This document shows positions 13,099-24,858 of a DNA stretch of 64,000 bases, piece after piece. Every line of letters starts with the position of its first letter. The first letter of the stretch is position 1. The notes beneath the pieces were generated by a model. That model saw nothing but the letters and a program-made list of their open reading frames with translations. It was not told the origin of the DNA and made no database searches. Made by a program: the position numbers and the translations under genes. The stretch is from Eledone cirrhosa (Eukaryota), in the NCBI GenBank assembly GCA_964016885.1, contig OZ024756.1, forward strand, positions 24,800,001-24,864,000. The letters run 5' to 3'.

Positions 13099-13666
13099 AG
13101 ACAGTCCACGCTGTAATGTGGCCGTGTAGGCAACACGGTAAAAACCTCCCAGCCCCACACTGTAAATGTGGTTGGTGTTAGGAAGGGCATCCAGCCGTAG
13201 AAAACCCGCCAGACAGTCCACGCTGTAATGTGGCCGTGTAGGCAACACGGTAAAAACCTCCCAGCCCCACACTGTAAATGTGGTTGGTGTTAGGAAGGGC
13301 ATCCAGCTGTAGAAAACCCGCCAGACAGTCCACGCTGTAATGTGGCCGTGTAGGCAACACGGTAAAAACCTCCCAGCCCCACACTGTAAATGTGGTTGGT
13401 GTTAGGAAGGGCATCCAGCTGTAGAAAACCCGCCAGACAGTCCACGCTGTAATGTGGCCGTGTAGGCAACACGGTAAAAACCTCCCAGCCCCACACTGTA
13501 AACGTGGTTGGTGTTAGGAAGGGCATCCAGCTGTAGAAAACCCGCCAGACAGTCCACGCTGTAATGTGGCCGTGTAGGCAACACGGTAAAAACCTCCCAG
13601 CCCCACACTGTAAATGTGGTTGGTGTTAGGAAGGGCATCCAGCTGTAGAAAACCCGCCAGACAGTC
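13099..13666 (+). repeat. 112-bp tandem repeat, 5 copies, derived from the SINE family 2 3' region
   Basis: Units start at 13099, 13211, 13323, 13435, 13547; contain ggttggtgttaggaagggcatccagctgtagaaa; SINE tail resumes at 13667-13780. Confidence 0.9.
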
Positions 13667-13842
13667 CTATGCGAGCAAGACAATCACTCTTGCTTCAATT
13701 GGGAAAACCCCCGTCCAAACCCATGCAAGCGTGGAACACGGACGTTAAACGTTGATGATGATGATGATGATGATAATGAAAGGTGTTCTTTTTTTATTAA
13801 CGTTGTTTTGTGGTGTGTTTTTGTTTTTTTTATCTTTTGCAG

Positions 13843-14094
13843 GAATGTGGATTGTAGTAGACATGGAGCTACCAAAATTCAACACTCTTTACATCTATGG
13901 TGAATTGGAGGTGAGCAATAAGTTAGCAGAAGTGACCATCAGTGCTTTCCATATATACATCATGGGCGGACGTTTGATTCTTGGATGGGAGACAGATCGC
14001 TTCCCAGGAAATGCTATAATTGAACTAAGAGGATCCAGGCAGACCCCGGATTTTGATGTGAAATCTGGGCCAAACTTGGGTTCAAAAGTCATAG
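13843..14094 (+). CDS. PKHD1L1: Fibrocystin-L-like exon G (G8 domain)
   Basis: ttgcag acceptor; MWIVVD...LYIYGELE...IYIMGGRLILGW...IELRG...NLGSKVIG has the G8 glycine pattern; gtaagt donor. Confidence 0.93.
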
Positions 14095-14346
14095 GTAAGT
14101 GGAGCTGAAATTCGAAATTCGTTGTGGTGGTGGTGGTAGTGTTAGTGGTGATGGTGGTGGTGGTAATGTATTATAATATTTGTAATAGGTGACACGCATA
14201 TATATATATGTGTGTGTATGTATACCATTTTACCAGGGGGAAAAAAATACTGGTCCACCCACACACACACACACACACTTATCTTAATAGCCATTTGACA
14301 CACATCGCTGCTAACCCTTATCACAACATCGAACACCTTACTACTA

Positions 14347-14444
<98 letters not shown>

Positions 14445-14469
14445 TTGTTGTGAAAGAGTCATTTCTCAA

Positions 14470-14688
14470 TCTTGGCGCAAAACCAATTTTTTATTCACAT
14501 GACCTCTACCGAGCAATCAAAATTGTTTTGACCACAAGAATTTTTGCTGGAGCCACTTTTTTAACATAAAAACAGTCTTGGCGCAAAATCAATTTTTTAC
14601 ATTCACATGACCTCTACCGACCAATCAAAATTGTTTTGACCACAAGAATTTTTGCAAATTGGAGCCACTTTTTTAACATAAAAACAGG
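14470..14688. repeat. Direct duplication of ~107 bp
   Basis: tcttggcgcaaaa...aacataaaaacag twice. Confidence 0.85.
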
Positions 14689-14748
14689 TAGAATTCCCAA
14701 AACTAATCAGATCAGAGCAAACAACACGGACACTCTATCTCAAAATTA

Positions 14749-14785
14749 TTTTTGAAAAGCATTTAAAAATGCGCAACCGGTAAAA
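14749..14785 (+). ncRNA. Hammerhead-like motif, U3:A8 with GCAA in place of GAAA (family also forms the fold-back at 48225-48612)
   Basis: TTT-TTGAAAA-GCATTT aa AAATGC-GCAA-CCGG-TA-AAA. Confidence 0.5.
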
Positions 14786-14996
14786 ACTTAAAAACTTAAA
14801 ACCACAACTGAATACTAACCCATACAATCACTAATACTCTTTTATTCCTAATTAAACCATTTTTCAACTGTGAACAATTTGTCAGCATTTTCTATTCCGT
14901 TTACCAATATATAATAACTTGTGTGTTACACCTCTATTCTTTTAACTATATATATATATATATATATAAAATGTATTTTTTTATTTTGATTATAAG

Positions 14997-15245
14997 GCGT
15001 TTTTGGTGGACTCGACATGCATGGATTGAAACGCCAAGTACAATGGACTTGTTTGGTTACAACAGCCAAAATTGGTACCAAACAGATTGCATTGAAGGAC
15101 GCAGTTGACTGGAAACCCGGAGAGGAAATTGTGCTTTCCTCAACCGGTTATAATGCTTGGGAGACAGAAACTTTCAAGATAGAGTCAGTCTCGGCAAATC
15201 GTACTGTACTGACACTCAATACCACAGTATCCTATCAGCATATTG
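14997..15245 (+). CDS. PKHD1L1: Fibrocystin-L-like exon H (end of G8)
   Basis: tataag acceptor; GVFGGLDMHG...WTCL...VDWKPGEEIVLSSTGYNAWETE; gtaagt donor. Confidence 0.92.
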
Positions 15246-16407
15246 GTAAGTTAATTGGCAATAGCACTAACACAGTGTAATTCACAATAAAATAAAGATA
15301 TATACTATGTGTTTATGTATACTGTTTTCTGATTTAGATACAAGCCTAACAATTTTTTCCTGGGGGGGGGGTATTAAATCGACCCCCATTGCGTTACTGG
15401 TATTTTATTTTATCGGCAAAGCTAACTTTGTCGGGATTTGAACTCAGAACGGAAAGCGACGTAACCACACCACGGAGAATGGTGTCCGACGCTCAAACGA
15501 TTTTACTGACAATCAATCTTTCGCCCTTATTACGTATAATTGTTTCTACTTTAGGCACAAGGCCAGTAATTACCCAGTTCATTACTGAGTCTCGCTATAA
15601 ATGGTTTAAACTGCTTCTGTAAGCTTTCTTTCTAACCGGTTGTCAGATCGGACCAAGGAAGCTACATTTCTATCGTTCTTTCCATTACTGATACTAAATG
15701 TCAATTAGAACGGAGCCTGTTCACAAAGGAGTGGATTGGGGGAGGGAAGGAGGCATAGGATGGTATTCGACCCCAGTACTTAACTGGTACTTTATTTCAT
15801 TAACACTGGAAGGATGAAAGGCAAAGTTGACCCTAGTGGGATTTGAACTGTGAACCTAGACCGCGGAGTATTATGTCAGACACACTAACGACTTTGTAAA
15901 AAAAAGATGCAAGGGGGATAAGTATAATTGACTAAATTTATATGACTGATGGAAATATGATAGTTACCTCCCTTGTAAAATGTATTTTCTACTTTAGTTG
16001 AACAGGCCTATGATCAAAGGCGTTCTACTCGAAGCACCCCCCACCCCTAAAAAACGTGCATATTCCTCACCACCACCCCTCTCTCTCTGCAAGCATGGAA
16101 AAGTGGACGTAAAATGATGGTGATGATGATGATGATGATATATATATATATATATAATTAATACAATAACAGAGATAGTTTAAAGCTAAACTCTGACTGG
16201 TAACCATCTCACTCAACAAACATTAGGTTATATTAAAATATAGACCCAATTTAAGTGTTTGGGGTGCTAACAATATGTATAATGTGGAAAAAACCAGTTG
16301 TATTATTTTATGAGATATAATTAAAGTTAAAGTATATATATATAAGTGGTTACACAACAGTTAGTTCACCATACCGAGAACAATTGTTTCACCTTCGCGG
16401 ATCTTCT

Positions 16408-16453
16408 CGAGCTGAAGATCCGCGAAGGTGAAAAGGTGAAACAATTGTTCTCG
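16408..16453 (+). ncRNA. Minimal hammerhead motif in a fold-back (16344-16484), with an 8-nt AGGTGAAA duplication
   Basis: CGAG-CTGAAGA-tCC gcgaa GGt-GAAA[aggtgaaa]-CAATTG-TT-CTCG. Confidence 0.75.
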
Positions 16454-16547
16454 GTATGGTGAACTAACTGTTGTGTAACCACTTCTACCTAACTCTCCCT
16501 TGGACTGAGTGCTCTACCACTACGGATATTACCTTCCAGTGTTCCAC

Positions 16548-16610
<63 letters not shown>

Positions 16611-16711
16611 ATAGATTGAAACGAAATTTCATTTCTCACTCTTAGTACGGCACTTACTTAAATGCAAGTATGTATGTATACGTACATACATATATGTATA
16701 CAGAAGGGTAT

Positions 16712-16754
16712 ACGGTGCTGACGATAGCTAACAAGCTTGAAACTAGTACATCGT
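16712..16754 (+). ncRNA. Minimal type I hammerhead ribozyme motif
   Basis: ACGGTG-CTGACGA-tAGCT aaca AGCTt-GAAA-CTAG-TA-CATCGT. Confidence 0.85.
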
Positions 16755-16988
16755 TCCTGTGTCAGTGTTGAACAAAAAGGTGACGTGGTTGCCTTAACAC
16801 CGTACGGCATAAATCAGGCTGTCCGTTTGTTTACAAACGAACAAAGCGAACATTATAATAAATGTTCGCTAATCTGATAAGTACATATATATATGTGTGC
16901 CTGTATGTATATATATATATAAATATACATGCTAGTGTATATATTGAAAACAAAGCGAGGTTTCACATTAAGGTCTTTATTGATTAAA

Positions 16989-17077
16989 CATAGTTACGAC
17001 CATTTCACAGATGGGTGGCTCAGGATCTATATTAATGCTATGGACCCGACTCCAGGCTGATCTGCTCTTCAGACTTG
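16989..17077 (-). ncRNA. Hammerhead motif with long helix II loop in a fold-back (16943-17195)
   Basis: CAAGT-CTGAAGA-GCAGAT...ATCTGT-GAAA-TGGTCG-TA-ACTaTG; inverted arm carries ATCTGC-GAAA-CGGTTG-TA-ACTATG. Confidence 0.7.
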
Positions 17078-17908
17078 TTAATCAGGCAAAGCCAAAATCT
17101 CAGATGTGATTTTGGCTTTACCCATCTGCGAAACGGTTGTAACTATGTATAATCAATAAAAACCTTAATGTGAAACTTCGCTTTGTTTTTAATTTATATA
17201 TAGAGAAGTAAATTCTCTACCCACATTAAATCGTTTCTCTCACTATTTATGTATAAATGTGCACTCTACTTTCCTCTTTCGTTGGTGTCCGATCGATGCT
17301 GGCTTAATAAAAGCATTGAGCGAGTGACAGAATGATCGGAGATACACCGGTTCTTCCGATGACTTCGTTTCAATATTATATATGTGTGTGGCAGTATCGG
17401 TAGAGGGTTGGACGCCATGCTTTCTAGCATAGTTACGTCCCTTTACAGTCTGAGTTCAAATCCCGCCGAGGTTAACTTTGCCTTTCATCCTTACGGGGTC
17501 GATAAAATAAAGTACCAGTAATGTACTGGGTAATTTGCTGGCCTTGTGCCTAAAGTAGAAACAATTATATGTGTGTGGATTGGCAGTATCGGTAGAGAGT
17601 CGGATACCATGCTTTGCAGCAGAGAATTACCTCCCTGTATGATCTGAGTTCAAATCCCGCCGAGGTTAACTTTGCTTTTCATCCTTATGAAAGGCAAATA
17701 AAGTACCAGTAATGCACTGGGTAATTGCTGGCCTTGTGCCAAAAGTAGAAACAATTATATATGTGTGTGTGAAATGAATAAATAAACTCTGAACTGACTT
17801 TTGCCAATCCCACTCTAGATAATAAAATTGCATTCGGGCTTTGAATATCTGTCTGCCTTATACAGTTGTATTATCAACTCATCTGATCTACCTTATATAT
17901 ATATGTGT

Positions 17909-17947
<39 letters not shown>

Positions 17948-18063
17948 TGTGTGTGTGTGTGAGAGAGAGTCCCGGGTTTAGTTGGGGGTAACCACAGTAA
18001 GTAAGTTACTTAATACATGTGTAGATTGTCTGTCTGTGTATATATATATGTGTGTATGTATAC

Positions 18064-18094
<31 letters not shown>

Positions 18095-18339
18095 AGTCCC
18101 GAGTTTAGTTGGGGGTAACCACAGTAATTAAGTTACTTAATACATTTGTAGATTGTCTGTCTGTATATATATGTGTATGTATATATATATATATTTATAT
18201 GTATATGTATATATATATATGTATATGTGTGTGTGTTTGTATGTCTATTTATATATATATATATATATATAGTGAGGAGGGTGACTTTGGACATCCTGCA
18301 GGACTAAAAACAAAACATGTCAAAGGGCAAAGGAGCACT

Positions 18340-18745
18340 GGGAGAGATGACCCCTTAGCCTTTGTCCAAGCAGAATTCTAGAAGGAAAACTCTGATATAA
18401 TACCTGCAACCCTGATGGTATCTAATGATGTTGACTTGTTCTTCTTTTTGGTAAATATCATCTTGGTTAAGAGAGTGAGACTGGCTTTGTGCAGTGCCTT
18501 TGCTCACTATAAAAGCTTCACGGCACAGGCATTGCTTTATATCTGGAGATCTCTCTGCACTTGTCGTCACATGGTACCATGGGCCCAGCACTATGTGTCA
18601 ATAATTGTCACAGGTGTAGTGTTTGTACCAGAGTTTTCAAGTCGCTGGCTGGACTAAAAAGTCACACTTGTACAGCGCATCGGTAGGGGTTCTCCTACAT
18701 CGATATAAAGTAGTGGCCGCACTCGAAAACGAGTTGGCAGCCATC
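18340..18745 (+). mobile_element. Same RTE-related element (copy 3, opposite orientation)
   Basis: Reverse complement of 8930-9345. Confidence 0.65.
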
Positions 18746-18789
18746 ATATATATATATGTATATACAAATATCTTTCTCTCTGCCACCAG

Positions 18790-18960
18790 TTCACAAAGAG
18801 ACCATTAATGGAAAAGAAGTGAAGATGGCGGCCGAGGTTGGACTTCTCAGTCGTAACATCAAGGTGATAGGTAAAGATTATAACAACCTCTACACAGAAA
18901 TGTTCGGTGCGAGAGTCATTGCTGGAGTGACACAGAATAAACAAGGCGAAGTATTCATTG
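18790..18960 (+). CDS. PKHD1L1: Fibrocystin-L-like exon I
   Basis: caccag acceptor; AAEVGLLSRNIKVIG...FGARV motif conserved in PKHD1L1/CEMIP-type proteins; gtgagt donor. Confidence 0.93.
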
Positions 18961-19250
18961 GTGAGTAACCACGTTGTCTGTGTTTGTTGTTGTTGCTGTT
19001 GTTGTAATCTCTCACCCTCCCTCTTCCCTCTCTAGCTATCACTCTCTCCCACTTTCTCCTTCTCCTCCCCCTCTCTCTCTCTCTCTTACACACATTCACT
19101 TGCTCGCTCACTCTCTCTCTCTCTCACTCACTCACTCACTCGCTCTCACTCACTCTCTCTTTCTCTCAGTCACTCACTTTCTCTCTTCTCTCTCTCACAC
19201 ACACACTCTCTCTCTCACTCATTTTCTCTCTTCTCACACACTCACTCTCT

Positions 19251-19289
<39 letters not shown>

Positions 19290-19448
19290 ACTCTCTTTCT
19301 TTGTCTCTCTCTCTCACACACACACACACACACGCACACGCATACTCTCTCTCTCACACACACACATACGCACGCATAATACTCTCTCTCTCTCTCACAC
19401 ACACGCACACACATACTCTCTCTCACACACACACACACACACGCACGC

Positions 19449-19496
<48 letters not shown>

Positions 19497-19541
19497 CACA
19501 CACTCACTCATTCTGTCCCTCTCTCCCTCTCATTTATCCAG

Positions 19542-19778
19542 GTTACATACGTCTCAGCAACGTTGAGTTCTACCACTCCGGTCAATATGGTTGGGCCACA
19601 CGAAATGACCCCCGCTACTCTGTGGCATTACATGATTTAGGCAAAATAGACCACAAACTACGTCCTACCTACATTAAGGAATGTTCCTTCCATCATGGTT
19701 TCTCTAGCGCTGTTGGTGTTTACAGTAGTCATGGTGTCACTCTGGAGAACAATGTCATTCACCACACTATTGGCTCAG
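19542..19778 (+). CDS. PKHD1L1: Fibrocystin-L-like exon J
   Basis: atccag acceptor; YIRLSNVEFYHSGQYG...DPRYS...CSFHHGFSSAVGV...NNVIHHTIGSG; gtcagt donor. Confidence 0.93.
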
Positions 19779-19814
19779 GTCAGTAAAAATATTCTCAGCC
19801 TCTCTCTCTCTCTA

Positions 19815-19869
<55 letters not shown>

Positions 19870-19999
19870 TTAAATTTGGTGGTTTACCACTGGGTAGAAT
19901 TGGTCATTCTGCAATGTTAACCATAACGTAAAAATAATAGTTCATTATTCCACTCTAATTATATCCATATATATATGTGTGTATATATATATATATGTG

Positions 20000-20056
<57 letters not shown>

Positions 20057-20233
20057 CGAAGGAAATGTGGTAAGGAACCAGGTGGACCATAACGCACCAA
20101 AGTACTCAATACTTGGGGTAGTAGAGTGGGTAATAGGAACCAGTAAGACCCCGACGGCTGAGCTCAAGCCGTTTCGACGGCGGATTAGCCGTCGAAACGG
20201 CTTGAGCTCAGCCGTCGGGGTCTTACTGGTTCC

Positions 20234-20377
<144 letters not shown>

Positions 20378-20589
20378 CGGTGGATTGGCAGTATCAGTAG
20401 AGGGTCGGACACCATGCTTTGAAGCATAGAGTTACGTCCCTTTATGATCTGAGTTCAAATCCCGCCGAGGTTAACTTTGCCTTTCATCCTTACGGGGTCG
20501 ATAAAATAAAGTACCAGTAATGTACTGGGTAATTGCTGGCCTTGTGCCAAAAGTAGAAACAATTATATATATATATATACATATGTGTG

Positions 20590-20628
<39 letters not shown>

Positions 20629-21249
20629 TAACCAATTACACCTCTCAAAGGCGATGACACACGACCGTGACCTCTGGCGTCACGCAGTAATACAGAAGAC
20701 CCGACCCCCCCCCCTCCTGACCCCCACGGGTACAAGCCGAAGCTGAAGTATATAGACAATATGCCCCACACACTCCCACTGCAAAGTCGTAGTGGAGGTG
20801 CGACGGCAAAAAACCACCCAGCCCACAACTTAAAGTGGACGTGTAGGCGCCACGGTAAAAAAAGCACCCAGCACTCACTGTAAATGAGGTTGGTGTTAGG
20901 AAGGGCATCCAGCTGTAGAAATCAAGCCAGAATCAGTTCCCGTATGGGCAAGACATGGTCAGCCGACCGGACACTGCCCACAACAAGACAATCCGTCTAA
21001 CCCATGCTAGCGTGGAAGAACGGACGTAAAATGGTGATGATGATGATGATATATATATATATATAATTGTTTCTATTTTAGGCACAAGGCCAGCAATTAC
21101 CCAGTGCATTACTGGTACTTTATTTTATCGACCCCGTAAGGATGAAAGGCAAAGTCAACCTTGGCGGGATTTGAACTCAGATTGCAAAGGGACGTAACTA
21201 TGCTGGAAAGCATGGTGTCTGACCCTCTACTGATACTGCCAATCTACCG

Positions 21250-21526
<277 letters not shown>

Positions 21527-21596
21527 GTTAGAACAGATACTCTATACTATTTCCGGTCAGCATGCATGGCTTGACTAGGTTTGAGACCTTTACTTC

Positions 21597-21631
21597 CCTC
21601 CGAAGAAGAGATATTATCTCGAAAATTAAGG
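21597..21631 (+). ncRNA. Variant hammerhead-like motif (C4, extra A, 2-nt helix III palindrome)
   Basis: CCT-CCGAAGAA-GAGAT att ATCTC-GAAA-AT-TA-AGG. Confidence 0.5.
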
Positions 21632-21860
21632 ACATTTAAATAAATTCAAGGTGAAAGACGAATTCACATCAATATCTTTCACTATTGCATTCTTTTTTCT
21701 ATGTCCATACCTGCATTGTCTTGGCCTTATTACACATATTCAAACGTATATATATATATATATATAATCATCATCATTGTTTAATGTCCATTTACCACGC
21801 TAGCATCTCATATATATATATATACTACAATTATTGTTATTGTTGTTATATCTCTTACAG

Positions 21861-22235
21861 GTATTATCTCCAACTCCGACAACACAACCCTTCTCAAGAA
21901 TTTAATCACTTTAGTAATATGTCCTGATGTCTACATACGGAAACTGAACTTCAAGGGTGGCATCCGATGGCAGGCAGGAATAGAGGCTATTCAAGTTGAA
22001 GGCCTCATTCTAAAGAATAATGTTGTAGCTGGCAGCCAGCGGATCGGTTACCGTGTCAATGGAGAATACTGCCAGAAAGCATCCGAGTGGTTGGACAACG
22101 TGGTACGAACTGCCCTCCTTGGAATTGGTGTATTTGAAAAGGATGTCAGCTCCAAGAAAACAGAATGTGTTAAGTACTCTGGCTTCCATATTTCCCGCTG
22201 TACAGATTCGGGAATATATCATAATAATGAACCAG
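21861..22235 (+). CDS. PKHD1L1: Fibrocystin-L-like exon K (PbH1 repeats)
   Basis: ttacag acceptor; open frame GIISNSDN...WQAGIE...NNVVAGSQRIGYRVNGEYC...GFHISRCTDSGIY; gtaaga donor. Confidence 0.9.
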
Positions 22236-22349
22236 GTAAGATAATGACTCATAAGAAGTGTAGAGGGAACAACTTTCTTTCTCCCCTATCTGTTTCTCTC
22301 CTTCTCGCTCTATCATCTATATATCTATACCTATCTATCTATCTCTCTA

Positions 22350-22396
<47 letters not shown>

Positions 22397-23372
22397 CGAA
22401 GGAAATGTGGTAAGGAGTCAGGTGGACCATAACGCACCAAAGTACTCAATACTTAGGGTAGTAGAGTGGGTAATAGGAACTATATATATATATAGCGATA
22501 AATTAACGGAGCCATAGACTCTCGCTATTCCCTGTCAATAATGTGCTCAAAGGAGTAGGAATCCTGATCTCTTTAAAATACAATATGTTGAAAAGGTAAC
22601 ACACTAGAGAGAGATAGTGCGCCATCAATAAAATAGGGAAAACCACCAGTGTATGGAATCTATAACCTATGAAAGGCAGAGTAGAGACACGATAATTAAA
22701 AATATAAACTAAAGTGTAAATACGCACCTCTATAACTATATAACACACGTACAAACCCAAAGAGATCTGTTTCGCCAATAAGTTGTTGACAGAAATGAAA
22801 TAGCCCATGGTTCATCAGCGTGTGTAAGGCTATACATTCCAGACAACTCTAAGAGAATATAAAGCGACCGCCCAGCTACATGTGGGAGAGAGATGTCACA
22901 GCGTTTTATATATATATATATTAGATAGTCAGGGCTCAATGGGTGAGCTCTTGCCATTTCAACAACAAATTCCAGACTCTGAGTCCAAGTCATATGGGAT
23001 TGGCAGTATCGGTAGAGCGTCAGACACCATGCTTTGCAGCATAGAGTTATAGCCTTTTATGTTCTGCGTTCAGATCCCACTGAGGTTAGCTTTGCCTTTC
23101 GTCCTTACAGAGTCGATAAAATAAAGCACTAGTAATGCCCTGGGATCGATTAATCGACTTTCCTCTGCCCCAAAAAATTGCTGGCCTTGTGCCTATAGTA
23201 GAAATCATTATTATGATTTGAAACTTCCTTTGAGTTCTGCTTCTTTCCAACTCATGCCAAGTGTCAACCTGACACCTCAGACAAAATTTGATAATACACA
23301 CATTTTACAATCAGTTGGCACACAAATGATGCCACAAGAGAACAAACAATAGTAAATGTCCTTGCAAAGTTT

Positions 23373-23490
23373 TTAAATTGATAATTCCCTTCTTAGGACA
23401 GGGGCAGTACCAGTCAATACTATTTTCTGTAGCTCTTGCAGCAATCGCTTTCCAGGTACCCGATCCAAATATTTTTCAGTACCCTTTTTA

Positions 23491-23492
<2 letters not shown>
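23373..23492 (-). mobile_element. Dong/R4-clade LINE 3' fragment at a (TAA)n run
   Basis: DKKGTEKYLDRVPGKRLLQELQKIVLTGTAPVLRRELSI*. Confidence 0.6.
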
Positions 23493-23532
<40 letters not shown>

Positions 23533-23758
23533 TATTTTAAAAGGATTGACGTAACTCTTCACAAAGGTAAATAGACAATACGAAGGACGCGTTGGGATTG
23601 CAATAGATATTATATTGGTTGAACAATATTTCGACAGTTAGTCTGTCTTTGTTGAGTTCAAAATGAATGAAAAGTGATAAAAATTCAAATTGCAGATTGG
23701 CCTCATTCATATTTTAGATTTGAATTTCTATAATTTTGAATTTTTATCACTTTTCATT

Positions 23759-23801
23759 TTGAACTCGACAAAGACAGACTAACTGTCGAAATATGGTTCA
23801 A
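23759..23801 (+). ncRNA. Variant hammerhead-like motif (U3:A8, C4, extra A); inverted partner at 23619-23661
   Basis: TTGAAC-TCGACAAA-GACAG actaa CTGTC-GAAA-TA-T(G/T)-GTTCAA; each arm carries a different inactivating change. Confidence 0.45.
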
Positions 23802-23824
23802 CCAATACAATATCTATTGCAATC

Positions 23825-24470
23825 GCATCACGCTCTTCATATTGTCTGTCAGAGCATTGCTGACTTGTGGGTTTATGCCGAACACCTGCTGTCACGTGTA
23901 GAACGGATCCGGCTATCAGCTGAGTCCATCGTGAAGATTGCCCCGCCGCCTTCCTTTAACCGAGAAGGACAGGCAGTTTTTATCTGCCTGGTGGCCATGG
24001 TAAAAGAGATTGTATGGTGGACACGTCTGAAAGGGTTGAAGACCGGTACTTTCCTCTTCAGTGATGCCCTCATTAACTTTTTCAGGTTTCACCTGAAGAG
24101 GAAAATCAGGGTGGAGAGGGAAGTGCTGACTTCCAGCCAGTTTGTTGAAAGGTGGTTGAGAGAGGCAAGAATGGCCCCGTGTGAATGGGTCTACCCTGAG
24201 CGTGTGCCTGTAGCATTGTAGGAGGAAAACTAAAAGAGGGCATTTGCCCTAGCAGTCAGGGTAACCGTGGCTTTTCTTGTGGGCTTTCTCCACAAGCGAC
24301 CTTCGGAGGTCTCTCCCCCCCCCCCCCCCCCCTATTGGGAATTTTTCATTGTTTCCTTTTGTCACACTCTGTTTGTTTTTTTTACATGCAGAAATGCCCA
24401 TTTGTATTTTCCTCTGTTGTCCTTAATGTTATACTTTGTGTCAACCCTTGTGGTTAATAAAGAAAGCATT
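23825..24470 (+). mobile_element. Tx1/L1-like LINE 3' end (ORF2 C-terminus, 3'UTR, AATAAA and (ATT)n tail)
   Basis: CQSIADLWVYAEHLLS...KEIVWWTRLKG...FVERW; homologous to 61320-62290; 3'UTR piece also at 34170-34340. Confidence 0.75.
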
Positions 24471-24505
24471 ATTATTATTAATATTATTATTATTATTATT
24501 TTCAG

Positions 24506-24844
24506 GTTTTATTGTTGAGAAAAGTATTTTCATTGAAAACTCTGTGACTGTATTTCCATTTGTGATTGGTCCTCAATCTTTGAGCCATCAGACCAGTTCC
24601 AAAGAAGTGGTCATCCAGGATTCCACCATTGTTGGCCTTACCTCTTCCTACGACTGCTCCATTGACCGCCTCAGCCAAACTGACCCAAACATTGTCTACA
24701 GCATCTTGTCACGGTCACCGACAGATGGTTTGACAATAGGACTTATGTGGCCAACATTTACATCAAGTTCCAACAATGCTCCTGACAAACCTTTTTTCAA
24801 TATTATGTCCTACCCTACTATCTCCGGGTTGATGAAGATCCAAG
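24506..24844 (+). CDS. PKHD1L1: Fibrocystin-L-like exon L
   Basis: tttcag acceptor; FVIGPQSLSHQ...IQDSTIVG...GLMWPTFTSSSNNAPDKPF..IMSYPTISG; gtaaac donor. Confidence 0.92.
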
Positions 24845-24858
24845 GTAAACACAACAGC

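Noticed and set aside
13099-13666. Repeated 72-93-aa ORFs (MPFLTPTT...)
   Set aside because: Product of a SINE-derived 112-bp tandem repeat
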